A DNA stretch of 64,000 nt. It comes from Candidatus Gottesmanbacteria bacterium RIFCSPLOWO2_01_FULL_42_22 (lineage in GTDB: Bacteria; Patescibacteriota; Microgenomatia; 2-02-FULL-39-11). The notes under the pieces are model-generated. The model saw only the letters and a program-made list of their open reading frames with translations. It searched no databases and was not told the DNA's origin. Each line of letters begins with the position of its first letter. The first letter of the stretch is position 1. The stretch lies in the NCBI GenBank assembly GCA_001779315.1, contig MFJU01000001.1:6258-70257 (forward strand), read 5' to 3'. The position numbers were made by a program, and so were the translations under genes. This document shows positions 42,619 to 51,828 of the stretch, piece after piece.

Positions 42619-43905
42619 TCAGTCTCCGATCATACCGGAAAGATAGCAGAATCTGTCGATCAACTGCTGAATGTCATCTCCCGTGTATCCTTCGTTCATT
42701 TTTAAATCGTGTCCGATAACTGCCAAAGTCATGGCTGCTTCTTCCCTTAATGTCCGTCCGCTGATGACTTTTTTAATATCCAAGCCGGCGGCATATTTTT
42801 TTAGATTGACATCACCGCTGTCAGCAGATGTAATTACTAACACGGTCACGTTTTTCTTCACCACTATGTTCACCAGCTGTTTTTTCCAATCTATCGGGGC
42901 AGTCCCACTGCCTCTGGCCTTTATAATAAAAATTCGCTTTCCCTTGTTATACAGAAGCGGAATTATTTGGCTGTCATTATCAACGGAGACGATATGAGCC
43001 AATTTAAAAGCTTTTTCCAGTCTGTCAAAAGTTGTCTCCCGGAAATAAAACCTGGATAAATAAGGGAATATTTCCATATTTTTTATTCTTTCGTACAAAT
43101 CATCACACAATGATGTTTTGAATATCCTATTATTTACAATTTGCAGGATTGCACCGGAATTTGGTGAATGAAAAATACCGTCAGAATGAAGTTTGACGGT
43201 ACCCAATCCCGGAAGAATTTCGATTACCTGATTTTGATCCTTACGAATAGCCGTAACTATGTAAACTCCGCCGTGTAACTGTTTTTCCAACCCCGTATAT
43301 ATGCCGCCGGTAATATTGGAGATTGCCAAAGAGTCTTCTACGTAACCGGATTCGGAAGAACCAATGAAAATGACTTTCTTTTTTGAAGCATATAAGTAGG
43401 GGGACAGCATCACCGCAAACAAGCAGGCCTTATTAGCCAAAGTATCTGTCCCCTGTGAGATGATTAAATTTTCAACCTGGCTCAATTCATTGATTGAAAA
43501 ATGTAATGAGGCTATGAAATGAGAGAAATTTTCCTGACCGGAGTCGAAACTGCTGATTCTGGCGGATTTCCGGAACTTTAAATCAACCCAGGGAATTTTA
43601 ATGTCTTTACCCTGGGTAAAAGTCCAGGGAAAAAGATGGCCTAAATTATCGGTCCTGATGACATTTTTTAGAATTAGTTTATTTATTTGTAAGGTATTTT
43701 TGCCTATAGTTTTCTCAATCGTTAAAGGATGCGGTGAAGGACTCAATTTGTTTAATTCGTTTTTTAGGGAATCAATTGTTCCCCCCTGGGCAATAAAGGT
43801 GAAAGAAGACTTTAAGATGTCTTTTTGTATTTCAAAATAATTTTTCCAGTTAGCGATGGACTTCCAAACTCTGCTGTCCAAAGATTTCTTCTGTTTAACG
43901 CCCAT
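42619..43905 (-). CDS. L-asparaginase-family protein with atypical spacing and a ~100-aa C-terminal extension
   Basis: 428 aa; asparaginase motif 1 ..AQGGTIDS.. and motif 2 ..ISQGTDTL..; lies between glnA and gatCAB. Confidence 0.55.
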   Translation of the reverse strand: MGVKQKKSLDSRVWKSIANWKNYFEIQKDILKSSFTFIAQGGTIDSLKNELNKLSPSPHPLTIEKTIGKNTLQINKLILKNVIRTDNLGHLFPWTFTQGKDIKIPWVDLKFRKSARISSFDSGQENFSHFIASLHFSINELSQVENLIISQGTDTLANKACLFAVMLSPYLYASKKKVIFIGSSESGYVEDSLAISNITGGIYTGLEKQLHGGVYIVTAIRKDQNQVIEILPGLGTVKLHSDGIFHSPNSGAILQIVNNRIFKTSLCDDLYERIKNMEIFPYLSRFYFRETTFDRLEKAFKLAHIVSVDNDSQIIPLLYNKGKRIFIIKARGSGTAPIDWKKQLVNIVVKKNVTVLVITSADSGDVNLKKYAAGLDIKKVISGRTLREEAAMTLAVIGHDLKMNEGYTGDDIQQLIDRFCYLSGMIGD

Positions 43906-43949
43906 AGTAATTTTTTGGACAGGGAATAGCCTATTATATCAATCTAAAG

Positions 43950-43984
43950 AACATAATAATAGAAGCCCTGACAGCAGGGCTTCT
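43950..43984 (-). terminator. Rho-independent terminator downstream of glnA
   Basis: Minus-strand RNA GAAGCCCUG-CUGU-CAGGGCUUC (9-bp stem) followed by UAUUAUUAUGUUCUUU. Confidence 0.55.
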
Positions 43985-44006
43985 TTTTAATAATTGGTTT
44001 TCTTGT

Positions 44007-45353
44007 TTAGGTAATTTCCAGGTATTTGGCCATTTCCCAATCGGTGACGTGAATGCGGAAGTCATCCCACTCTGCCTTTTTGGCTTCCAAATACCTGCTC
44101 CAGGTATAATCACCAAAGATATCCCGGACAATTCTGCCTTTTTCGATTTCATCAATCGCCTCTTTGAGCGAGGCCGGCAGTTTGGTAATGTAATGTTTTG
44201 CCAAGCGTGCATCGTCAAATTCGAAAAGATTCTCTTCGACCGGTTCCGGTGCTTTCATCGCCTTTTTAATGCCTTCCAGCCCGATTTTTAACAAAACGGC
44301 AAAGGTCAGATAAGGATTACTGGCCGGGTCCGGACTTCTGATTTCCAGCCTGGTGGCCTTTTCCTCTGTGCCTTTGGAAACTTTCGGTACGCGGATGAGG
44401 GCCGAGCGGTTGATTCTGGCCCAGCAGGCATAGACCGGCGCTTCATAGCCCGGTGTCAGACGCTTATAGGAATTGACCGTCGGCGCAAAAACACCGCTAA
44501 TTTCCCTGACATGCTTCAATTGTCCCGCTAGATATTGATAGGCAATTTTTGACAGGCCGTATTTATCGGCTTTGTCATAAAAGGCATTACGGCCGCCTTT
44601 CCACATAGATTGGTGGATATGCATACCCGAGCCGTTGATGCCGAAAAAGGGTTTCGGCATAAAAGTAGCATGAAAGTTATGCTTAAAGGCGATGAATTTT
44701 GTGGCCATCTTCAGAGTAATGGTGTTATCTGCTGTTCTCAAAGCCTTGTCATAACGGATGTCAATCTCATGCTGGTTATCAGCTACCTCATGGGTTGAGG
44801 ATTCTGTGATAATCCCCATTTGAGCGATGGCTTCCATTATCTCCCGTTTAATAAGATAGGTCTCATCCATGATCAGATCGAAATAATAACCGTTGCCTTT
44901 TGACTGAGGCAAGATACAACCGGAAGCGTCTTTGGGAAAAAGGAAAAATTCACATTCCGGGCCGGTGTAAAATTCAAAACCCAATTGTTTGGCTTCCATT
45001 AAAACCTTTTTCAGAATCTGCCTCGGATCGCCGTCAAAAGGTTCATGATTCGGTTTATAAACATCGCAAATGACTCTGGCTACTCTTCCCGTTTCAACAT
45101 TATTTCTCCAGGGCATAAGCGCGTAGGTATCCGGATCCGGCATCAGATACATGTCAGATTCATGGATCCTGGCATAACCTTCAATTGAAGAACCGTCAAT
45201 CCAGACACCCCGGACCATGGCATCGGGTAAATTATAGGCAGGAATGGTCGAGCTTTTTATATTGCCCAAAAAATCGGTAAATTGCAGATCGACAAAAGAA
45301 ACTTTATCTTTTTTTACGCGTTCCAGCACCTCTTTAATGTTGTCTTTAGGCAT
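44007..45353 (-). CDS. glnA: Glutamine synthetase type I
   Basis: 448 aa; GS beta-grasp plus catalytic domain (..GMHIHQS.., ..NPYL..); AGGAG RBS 9 nt upstream. Confidence 0.92.
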   Translation of the reverse strand: MPKDNIKEVLERVKKDKVSFVDLQFTDFLGNIKSSTIPAYNLPDAMVRGVWIDGSSIEGYARIHESDMYLMPDPDTYALMPWRNNVETGRVARVICDVYKPNHEPFDGDPRQILKKVLMEAKQLGFEFYTGPECEFFLFPKDASGCILPQSKGNGYYFDLIMDETYLIKREIMEAIAQMGIITESSTHEVADNQHEIDIRYDKALRTADNTITLKMATKFIAFKHNFHATFMPKPFFGINGSGMHIHQSMWKGGRNAFYDKADKYGLSKIAYQYLAGQLKHVREISGVFAPTVNSYKRLTPGYEAPVYACWARINRSALIRVPKVSKGTEEKATRLEIRSPDPASNPYLTFAVLLKIGLEGIKKAMKAPEPVEENLFEFDDARLAKHYITKLPASLKEAIDEIEKGRIVRDIFGDYTWSRYLEAKKAEWDDFRIHVTDWEMAKYLEIT

Positions 45354-45393
45354 GAGTCTAATCTCCTATAGTAATTTTAATAATCCAGGATAA

Positions 45394-45460
45394 TAAAAAA
45401 AGTCCTCTGCCTCATCATTGAGAGCAGAAGACTTCGCTGTCTTGCCCCGCTTCTTTGCGG
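45394..45460 (-). promoter_or_regulatory. ANTAR-type antiterminator target: two tandem hexaloop hairpins whose second stem overlaps the 5' arm of an intrinsic terminator in the glnA leader
   Basis: Minus-strand RNA: CCGC-AAAGAA-GCGG, then GGCA, then AGAC-AGCGAA-GUCU (both loops 6 nt with A1 and G4). Next comes the terminator AGUCUUCUGC-UCUCAAUGAUGA-GGCAGAGGACU + UUUUUUU. The hairpin-2 3' arm GUCU is shared with the terminator 5' arm. Confidence 0.65.
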
Positions 45461-45497
45461 AATAATTATTTATCTTAAATCCGGAAACAGCCTTCTG

Positions 45498-46214
45498 TCA
45501 AGCCCTGAATTTTATTCTGTCAGCCAGGATGACGGCTTCGGCTATTTCGCGGATCGATTTGCGGCTGTTCATGCTTTCCTGTTGCAGTCTTCGGTAAGCC
45601 TGATTTTCGTTTAAACTTAAGTTTTTCATCAAAATTCCTTTAGCTTTTTCCAAAACTTTCCTCATTTCCAGAGTTTCCCGGATAGCCAATGATTCTTCTA
45701 TCAATAAGGCATTTTCAATGGCAGTTCCTGCTAATTTGCCTATGGCTGACAAAAGGTTAATTTCCGTTGACGTATGTTTATGGATCTTCCTGTGCTGGAT
45801 ATTAATGACTCCGCAAACACCTTTTTTATTGAGAATGGGCACTGACAGGAAAGCTTCAAATTTGTCCTCGGGGAGACTTCGGAAATATTTGAAACGGCTA
45901 TCACGGGCCGCACCTTTGGAGATTGCCACGGGCTTTTTCTCTTTGGCCACCCAGCCGGTGATGCCTTCGCCCAATTTCATTTTTATCTGTTTCAACAAAT
46001 TACTGTGGGGATTTTTGGAGGCCCTCAGAATTAGTTCGTTCTGTCCTTCATCCAGGACATAAATCAGGCAGGAATCAGCCCGGGTCACGGAAGTCGCTAT
46101 TTTGACGATTTCCTTAAGCAGTTCATCTATTTCCAGCTTTTGAATATCCTGTGTAATTTTATACAAAAAGGACAATTCTTTATTAAGTTCCGAAATCCGG
46201 GTTTTTGCATTCAT
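45498..46214 (-). CDS. GAF-ANTAR RNA-binding antitermination regulator
   Basis: 238 aa; N-terminal GAF (..LGEGITGWVAKEKKP..); C-terminal ANTAR helix bundle (..EKAKGILMKNLSLNENQAYRRLQQESMNSRKSIREIAEAVI..). Confidence 0.8.
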   Translation of the reverse strand: MNAKTRISELNKELSFLYKITQDIQKLEIDELLKEIVKIATSVTRADSCLIYVLDEGQNELILRASKNPHSNLLKQIKMKLGEGITGWVAKEKKPVAISKGAARDSRFKYFRSLPEDKFEAFLSVPILNKKGVCGVINIQHRKIHKHTSTEINLLSAIGKLAGTAIENALLIEESLAIRETLEMRKVLEKAKGILMKNLSLNENQAYRRLQQESMNSRKSIREIAEAVILADRIKFRA

Positions 46215-46966
46215 ATGATTTTTTCGAGAATAGCCTGATGGGCTTGTTTTTCCTCGCTATCGGGAAGTAGGGACAATTTTATCTCTTTTCCGTATTTTTT
46301 TTCAAGGGCGCGCCCTATCAACCAATCGGCCACCAACCAATTTTTAGGTAAAAATGGACCGTGATAATAACTGCCGATAGCATTCCGGCAAATCCCTCCT
46401 TCAAATCCGTCATCACCGTTGTTTCCCCCACCCGCCAAAACTTCTGCCAGTGGTTTCATTTTCGGACCTAAATATGTCCGGCCGCCGTGGTTTTCAAAAC
46501 CTACGATAGTGATTCCTTTTAATCCCGTAGGATTAATAATTTTTGCTGCGCAATTGCTTATGAGCCGCTGTTTTTGGTCTCCGGGATGTTCTGTATGAAG
46601 ATCAAATATTGAAGCTCCGGGAATGGGATCTCCCTGATATGGCTTATAATAATGCCCGGCAGCCTGGTAAGCGGCGCAGACGAAAAGGGCAGGGATATTC
46701 TTTTTAATCATTTCCTTCAAGATAGGTCCTTTATTTTGAATAAAATCATCCGCGGCCACTCTTTGCTGCCGGTCCTGGGCTCCGCCCATGAAAATTAAAT
46801 CAGTCTTTTTTAAATCTTGTTTATTATTCTCCAGAGTTATCGGCAGGACCGAAACTCCGATTCCTCTCCACTGGCAGCGACGGGTCAGACAATAAATATT
46901 GCCGCGGTCACCGTAAGTAGACATCAAATCAGGATAAAGCCAGGCGATTGTTAGTTTGTAGTTCAT
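46211..46966 (-). CDS. gatD: Lipid II isoglutaminyl synthase glutaminase subunit (CobQ-like GATase partner of MurT)
   Basis: Near-identical blocks to characterised GatD (..ITIVGFENHGGRTY.., ..YYHGPFLPKN..). The ORF is open up to 47062, but the likely start is MNYKLTIAW at 46966. Confidence 0.75.
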   Translation of the reverse strand: MNYKLTIAWLYPDLMSTYGDRGNIYCLTRRCQWRGIGVSVLPITLENNKQDLKKTDLIFMGGAQDRQQRVAADDFIQNKGPILKEMIKKNIPALFVCAAYQAAGHYYKPYQGDPIPGASIFDLHTEHPGDQKQRLISNCAAKIINPTGLKGITIVGFENHGGRTYLGPKMKPLAEVLAGGGNNGDDGFEGGICRNAIGSYYHGPFLPKNWLVADWLIGRALEKKYGKEIKLSLLPDSEEKQAHQAILEKII

Positions 46967-46976
46967 AGTTTGTTGT

Positions 46977-48260
46977 TTATAGAATTTTTTTGCCGGATAT
47001 GATTTTTCTGATATCCAGCATGGCAGAATAAGTCGCCAGGATAAATAATTTTTCTCCCGCAACTTGCATCCCTACTGCTTGTTTGACTGCTTTTTGTAAA
47101 TCTGTTTCCAATAAGTAATTTTTCAAGCCGCTGTATTTGATGCGTAAACCCAAATCATAGGCCCTGTCCCCGGACAAAGTCAGATGGATAGATGCGGGAA
47201 TCATTTCGAAATCAACATCCCATATCCAGGAAACATCCCGACCGTCAGGTATCCGGTCATTTAATACAATCAGCAGATTATTGGCTTTAAGATCTAAAGC
47301 GGTTCTCAAAGATTCATTGAAGCCGGCCGGATTTTTGGACAGCATCAGTTTGATAAATCTGCCCATATATTCCATTTCCTCCTGCCTGCCAAAGGCCGGC
47401 CGCACTCTTTTTAATCCCTTTTTGATAACCGCCTCATCAATTTTCAATACCTTGGCAGAGGCGGCCGCTGCCTGGGTATTGTATTTGTTGTAAAGCCCGG
47501 GCAAAGGGGAATCCCAATTAAAAATTTGAGGGGATGGCCTTTTTAAATCGCACTTGAGACACTGCCACCACCCTAGATGGGAATAATAAACTGCGGAAAA
47601 TTTCAGACGGCTGCCGCAAGACGGGCAAAAAAGGGAATCCGTGGCGTGTTCAAAAGTTTTTTTCTGCCCTATTTTGTCATTCAAACCGAAATAAATAGTT
47701 TTGAGAGAGGCATTCTTGCCCAGGAAGGCGATCTGGGGGTCATCGCTGTTCAAAACCAATTTAGTTTTTTGAGTCAGTTTCCTGATAGCTTTCTGCCACT
47801 TTTCGGTGATGATATCAACTTCCCCATAGCGGTCCAGCTGGTCGCGGAAAAGATTGAGACAGACAAGCAAATCCGGAGACAGATTATCAAGTATGGCCGG
47901 CAGGGCATTTTCATCCGCTTCCAAAATGGCAAAATCACCATTTAAACTGCCGCTGATACTTGAGATCTGGATCAGCGATGAAACAACCCCGTTGACCAGA
48001 TTAGCTCCCGATGAATTGCTGATAACCTTAAAACCGGCTCCCTCCAGAATTGTTTTTACCATGAGTGAAGTAGTCGTCTTGCCGTTGGTACCGGCGATGA
48101 CAATCGTGCCTTTTAATTTTTGCGCTAATTTCTTAAGGAGGAAAGGATCAATTGCCAACGCCAGTTCTCCGGGCCAGGTGCCTCCGGCTCCCAGATTAAA
48201 AAGAGTACTAATTTTCCAAACAAGTTTGGCGATTAAAATGGCAAAATATTGCCTGATCAT
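46977..48260 (-). CDS. murT: Lipid II isoglutaminyl synthase, Mur-ligase-family subunit
   Basis: 427 aa; Mur ligase P-loop GTNGKTTT; Cys4 ribbon (CPSCG...CLKC); DUF1727-like C-terminus. Confidence 0.8.
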   Translation of the reverse strand: MIRQYFAILIAKLVWKISTLFNLGAGGTWPGELALAIDPFLLKKLAQKLKGTIVIAGTNGKTTTSLMVKTILEGAGFKVISNSSGANLVNGVVSSLIQISSISGSLNGDFAILEADENALPAILDNLSPDLLVCLNLFRDQLDRYGEVDIITEKWQKAIRKLTQKTKLVLNSDDPQIAFLGKNASLKTIYFGLNDKIGQKKTFEHATDSLFCPSCGSRLKFSAVYYSHLGWWQCLKCDLKRPSPQIFNWDSPLPGLYNKYNTQAAAASAKVLKIDEAVIKKGLKRVRPAFGRQEEMEYMGRFIKLMLSKNPAGFNESLRTALDLKANNLLIVLNDRIPDGRDVSWIWDVDFEMIPASIHLTLSGDRAYDLGLRIKYSGLKNYLLETDLQKAVKQAVGMQVAGEKLFILATYSAMLDIRKIISGKKIL

Positions 48261-48322
48261 AAAATTTGAAGACTGCTAATCAATTTTCCTACACCATCCA
48301 GGTAGATTAAGGCTACACCTTC

Positions 48323-49219
48323 CTACATGGCGGTTAAAATCTTTACCCTTTCGGATATGGGGGGATGGGTATTGAAAAGATTGGCAAACCAGGCGGAAAA
48401 GTTTTTGTCTTTAAAGGGATTGACAATATACAAATGAGCCGTGGCGTTGGTGGCCGCTTCCAGGACTTCCTTGTCAGCGGATATTTTCTGCAAAGCCGAG
48501 GCCAGTGCATCCGGATTTCTGGTCAAGAGAGCTCCGGACGCATCAGCCAGGAATTCCCTTCTTCTGGAAATTGCTAACTGGATCAGAGTCGCCACTAAAG
48601 GCGCGATTAAAGCCAGAACAATACTCATCAGGAATAATACAGCCGAGATATTACTCCTGTCATCCCTGTCCCTCTTACCCCACCATAGAGATCTTGAGAA
48701 CCAGTCAGACAGAAGAGCAATGACACCGACCATGATTGACACTATGGCCATCAGCCGGATATCAAAATTCTGGATATGGGAAATTTCGTGGGCAATAACC
48801 CCTTCCAACTCCCTTCTGGACAATTTATTGATGAGGCCGCGGGTGGCACAGACTACAGCGTGTTCCGGATCCCGGCCGGTGGCAAAAGCATTGGGAGCGC
48901 TGTCTTCAATCACATAAACTTTAGGTTTAGGGATACCGGCTGATAAAGCTATGTTCTCGGTGACGGTATAGAGGTCAAAATCTTTCTTGCGGTCAGCTAA
49001 CCGCGCTCCCGACAAAGTCAGGACCATTTTGTCTGAATAATAATAGCTGACCAGACTCATGATACCTGAGATGATCAGGCCCAGGCCGATCCACGATGAA
49101 CCATAACCCAAAGATTTACCCAGGATGTAACTGACCGTCACCACAAACAACATAAAAATCGTCATCACCATGACGGTTTTCATTTTATTGGCTTGTATCT
49201 GGCTGTGAATTGAGATCAT
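48323..49219 (-). CDS. htpX: Membrane zinc metalloprotease HtpX (M48)
   Basis: 298 aa; HEISH zinc motif; N- and C-terminal TM helices. Confidence 0.85.
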   Translation of the reverse strand: MISIHSQIQANKMKTVMVMTIFMLFVVTVSYILGKSLGYGSSWIGLGLIISGIMSLVSYYYSDKMVLTLSGARLADRKKDFDLYTVTENIALSAGIPKPKVYVIEDSAPNAFATGRDPEHAVVCATRGLINKLSRRELEGVIAHEISHIQNFDIRLMAIVSIMVGVIALLSDWFSRSLWWGKRDRDDRSNISAVLFLMSIVLALIAPLVATLIQLAISRRREFLADASGALLTRNPDALASALQKISADKEVLEAATNATAHLYIVNPFKDKNFSAWFANLFNTHPPISERVKILTAM

Positions 49220-49788
49220 TCCCCGAATTTTACCTCAACTTTTTTCCTGTCTTCTTTTTTGGCTTCATAATATTCCTTATCGCGGAAATTGAACTTTCCG
49301 GCAATTAAAGCATTCGGAAACATCTGGAGCTTTGTATTATACTCCATGACCATGGTATTGTGATGCTGCCGGGAAAAGGAAACTTTGTCTTCCGTATCCG
49401 CCAGTTCCTTCTGAAGCTGCAGGAAATTCTCATTCGCCTTCAGATTCGGATAATTCTCAGCCACGGCAAAAAGGGATTTTAATACACCGGACAATTGGTT
49501 GTCAGCCTGTGCTTTTTCTTTCGGGCTGGAGGCAGACAGAAGAGCAGATCTGGCACGGGTTATATTCTCCAGAAGTTTTTTTTCATGTTTGGTATAACCT
49601 TTGACCGTTTCCACCAGATTGGGTATTAAATCTGCCCTTCTTTTCAGCTGGACATCAATCTGGCTCCAGGCCTCACCTACCCTCATTTTTGATGAAACCA
49701 AATCATTATAGATGTACCAAATATATAAGGCAATCAATCCTAATATGGCCGCTAAAGCAAATAACATCAGTAAATCACCTCCGATCAA
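49216..49788 (-). CDS. lemA: LemA-family membrane protein
   Basis: 190 aa; N-terminal TM plus LemA helical domain; the usual lemA-htpX pairing, with 4-nt overlap. Confidence 0.85.
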   Translation of the reverse strand: MIGGDLLMLFALAAILGLIALYIWYIYNDLVSSKMRVGEAWSQIDVQLKRRADLIPNLVETVKGYTKHEKKLLENITRARSALLSASSPKEKAQADNQLSGVLKSLFAVAENYPNLKANENFLQLQKELADTEDKVSFSRQHHNTMVMEYNTKLQMFPNALIAGKFNFRDKEYYEAKKEDRKKVEVKFGE

Positions 49789-51562
49789 ATAACCATTCTT
49801 TAAATTTATTATACGGCAAAGTGTTAAGTATATCCTTTTTTTCAGCCCAACCGCGGCGGGCGACGGATATACCGTATTCCATTAAATCCATCGATTCACG
49901 GTCATGGCTGTCGGTGTCGATAATAAGTTTATTACCGTTGTCAACCGCTCTTTTTACCAGAACGTCAACCAAATCCAGCCGGGCCGGGTGAGCATTGATT
50001 TCAATGGCCTTATTTTTTTCTTTGGCAAAATTAAAAATCCTCTGCCAATCCAGATCATAACCTTCACGTTTACCTATTAAACGGCCTGAAGGATGAGCCA
50101 GTATTTTTGCTTTACGATGCGAATAGGCAGACAGAACTCTTTTTGTCATTTCTTCCTTTGGCATTTGAAAACTGCTGTGTATTGAAATAACCACAGCATC
50201 AACAAATTCAAATGCTTTTTCCGGTAAGGCTAATTTCCCTTCAGGAAGGATATCAACCTCCATCATGATGAATAATTTTACCCGAACACTTTTTATCTTA
50301 GACATTATTTGTTCATAATCAGCCTTTCGTCTTTTCATAATACCCACAATTTCATTTTCAGTATGTTTAGAAATGCTCGGATTATGGTCACTGATACCTA
50401 AATATTCATAACCCAGTCTTTGGGCTTTATCTACCATCTCTCCCAAGGAATTCTGACCAAGATCATGTGACGGCTCCAAATTATAGTTTGTGTGGATATG
50501 GACTTCGCCTTTAATGTCAGCTAGTTTTACCAGATCAGGCAGCTTGCTGTTTTCCGCTGCTTCTATTTCGCCCAAATCTTCCCTTAGTTCAGGCGGGATC
50601 CATGGCAGTCCAAGATATTTATAAAAATCCTCTTCTTGAGAGAATTCCATAATTTTTTGTTTTTTGTGTTTTAAAAGTTTAATACCGTATTCGGACAGGG
50701 ATAGACCTTTTTTCAGAGCAAATTCCCTTAGATGGATATTATGCTGTTTGCTACCGGTAAAATACTGCAACATGGCTCCGAAACTTTGCGGTTTTTGCAC
50801 TCTCAGATCCGCCTGCTGTCCGTTATCCAAAATCATACTGGCTCCGCCCGGTCCAATCTCTATCGTTTTATCTTTTTTAGGATATTTCAGGAAGTGATCA
50901 AGCACTTTTTTGGGATCGATTGTAGCTACCGCGATATCAACATCGCCTATAGTTGACACTTTCCGCCTTAAACTGCCTAACGGTTCAACTTTTTCAGTCT
51001 CCTCCAGTTTTTGCAAATACGCAACCAATAGCTTGGCTGAACTATCCGCAATCGGCAAAGGCATGCGTTTTTTCTTGTTCTGGCCCTGCTTAAACCTCTC
51101 CAGGGCTTCAATAATATCAGCCTGTGATTTAGCTCCGAATCCCTCCAATGAAGCGATTTTGTCATCTTTGGCAGCCTTCAGAAGCTTATCTACGGCCTTA
51201 TTAGCATCAGTCAAATTAAATTCGTGAGCCAACCTGTAGGCTTTTTTGGGGCCAAATCCGGAGACATCGAGCAGGATTAGCATGCCTGCCGGCACAGTTT
51301 TAAACAATTCCTCGTATTCACGGACTTTTCCTTTGGTGAATAACTGGTTCAGGTGGCCGGAAAGGGTAGCTCCTATCCCCGGGATTTCCGATAACCTCTT
51401 ATCCTGCCATAAATCCCTGATCTCAAGATTGCTGGTTTCGATGGCATCGGCCGCTTTCTCAAAAGCGATTATGCGGAAACGGTTGACATTCTGGACGGTA
51501 TAGATCGCCGCCACTTGCCTGAAGAGTCTGGCGATATCGGCATTAGCTATTTTTAAAGCCAT
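49775..51562 (-). CDS. polX: Family X DNA polymerase with C-terminal PHP phosphoesterase domain
   Basis: 595 aa; pol-beta-like N-terminal HhH/palm (..GIGATLSGHL..); PHP His/Asp motifs in the C-terminal half (..HIHTNYN.., ..GISDHN..). Confidence 0.85.
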   Translation of the reverse strand: MALKIANADIARLFRQVAAIYTVQNVNRFRIIAFEKAADAIETSNLEIRDLWQDKRLSEIPGIGATLSGHLNQLFTKGKVREYEELFKTVPAGMLILLDVSGFGPKKAYRLAHEFNLTDANKAVDKLLKAAKDDKIASLEGFGAKSQADIIEALERFKQGQNKKKRMPLPIADSSAKLLVAYLQKLEETEKVEPLGSLRRKVSTIGDVDIAVATIDPKKVLDHFLKYPKKDKTIEIGPGGASMILDNGQQADLRVQKPQSFGAMLQYFTGSKQHNIHLREFALKKGLSLSEYGIKLLKHKKQKIMEFSQEEDFYKYLGLPWIPPELREDLGEIEAAENSKLPDLVKLADIKGEVHIHTNYNLEPSHDLGQNSLGEMVDKAQRLGYEYLGISDHNPSISKHTENEIVGIMKRRKADYEQIMSKIKSVRVKLFIMMEVDILPEGKLALPEKAFEFVDAVVISIHSSFQMPKEEMTKRVLSAYSHRKAKILAHPSGRLIGKREGYDLDWQRIFNFAKEKNKAIEINAHPARLDLVDVLVKRAVDNGNKLIIDTDSHDRESMDLMEYGISVARRGWAEKKDILNTLPYNKFKEWLFDRR

Positions 51563-51642
51563 ATTTATCTAAACTATACTAGCATACGTATTGACCCTGC
51601 CTCAATCATTTGATATCATCGCTCAGAATAGAGCAGTCTTAC

Positions 51643-51715
51643 GGGCTCGTGGTGTAGCGGTTAACATGTCGCCCTGTCGAGGCGAAGATCGCCGGTTCGA
51701 ATCCGGTCGGGCCCG
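51643..51715 (+). tRNA. tRNA-Asp (anticodon GTC)
   Basis: Cloverleaf: acceptor GGGCTCG/CGGGCCC; anticodon stem TCGCC/GGCGA with loop CTGTCGA; T-loop GTTCGAA; no encoded CCA. TTGACC-17-TATCAT promoter-like hexamers about 30-60 nt upstream. Confidence 0.85.
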
Positions 51716-51828
51716 CTTTCACCTCGCCGAAGTTATAAAACGAAGGCGGGCGGCGAGGTTGTAGCGAGGTAAACCCGCCTAGTATTTCCTTTAATATCTG
51801 CCCGGAAAGGAGGAAATTTATCCTTTCT

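Noticed and set aside
42619-43905. Archaeal GatD (GatDE amidotransferase) assignment for the asparaginase-like protein
   Set aside because: There is no gatE in the window. A complete bacterial gatCAB is adjacent. The domain order differs from GatD. It is kept as a generic asparaginase-family protein.
43934-44218. 94-aa minus-strand ORF
   Set aside because: It overlaps the 3' end of glnA in another frame and spans the glnA terminator. No support.
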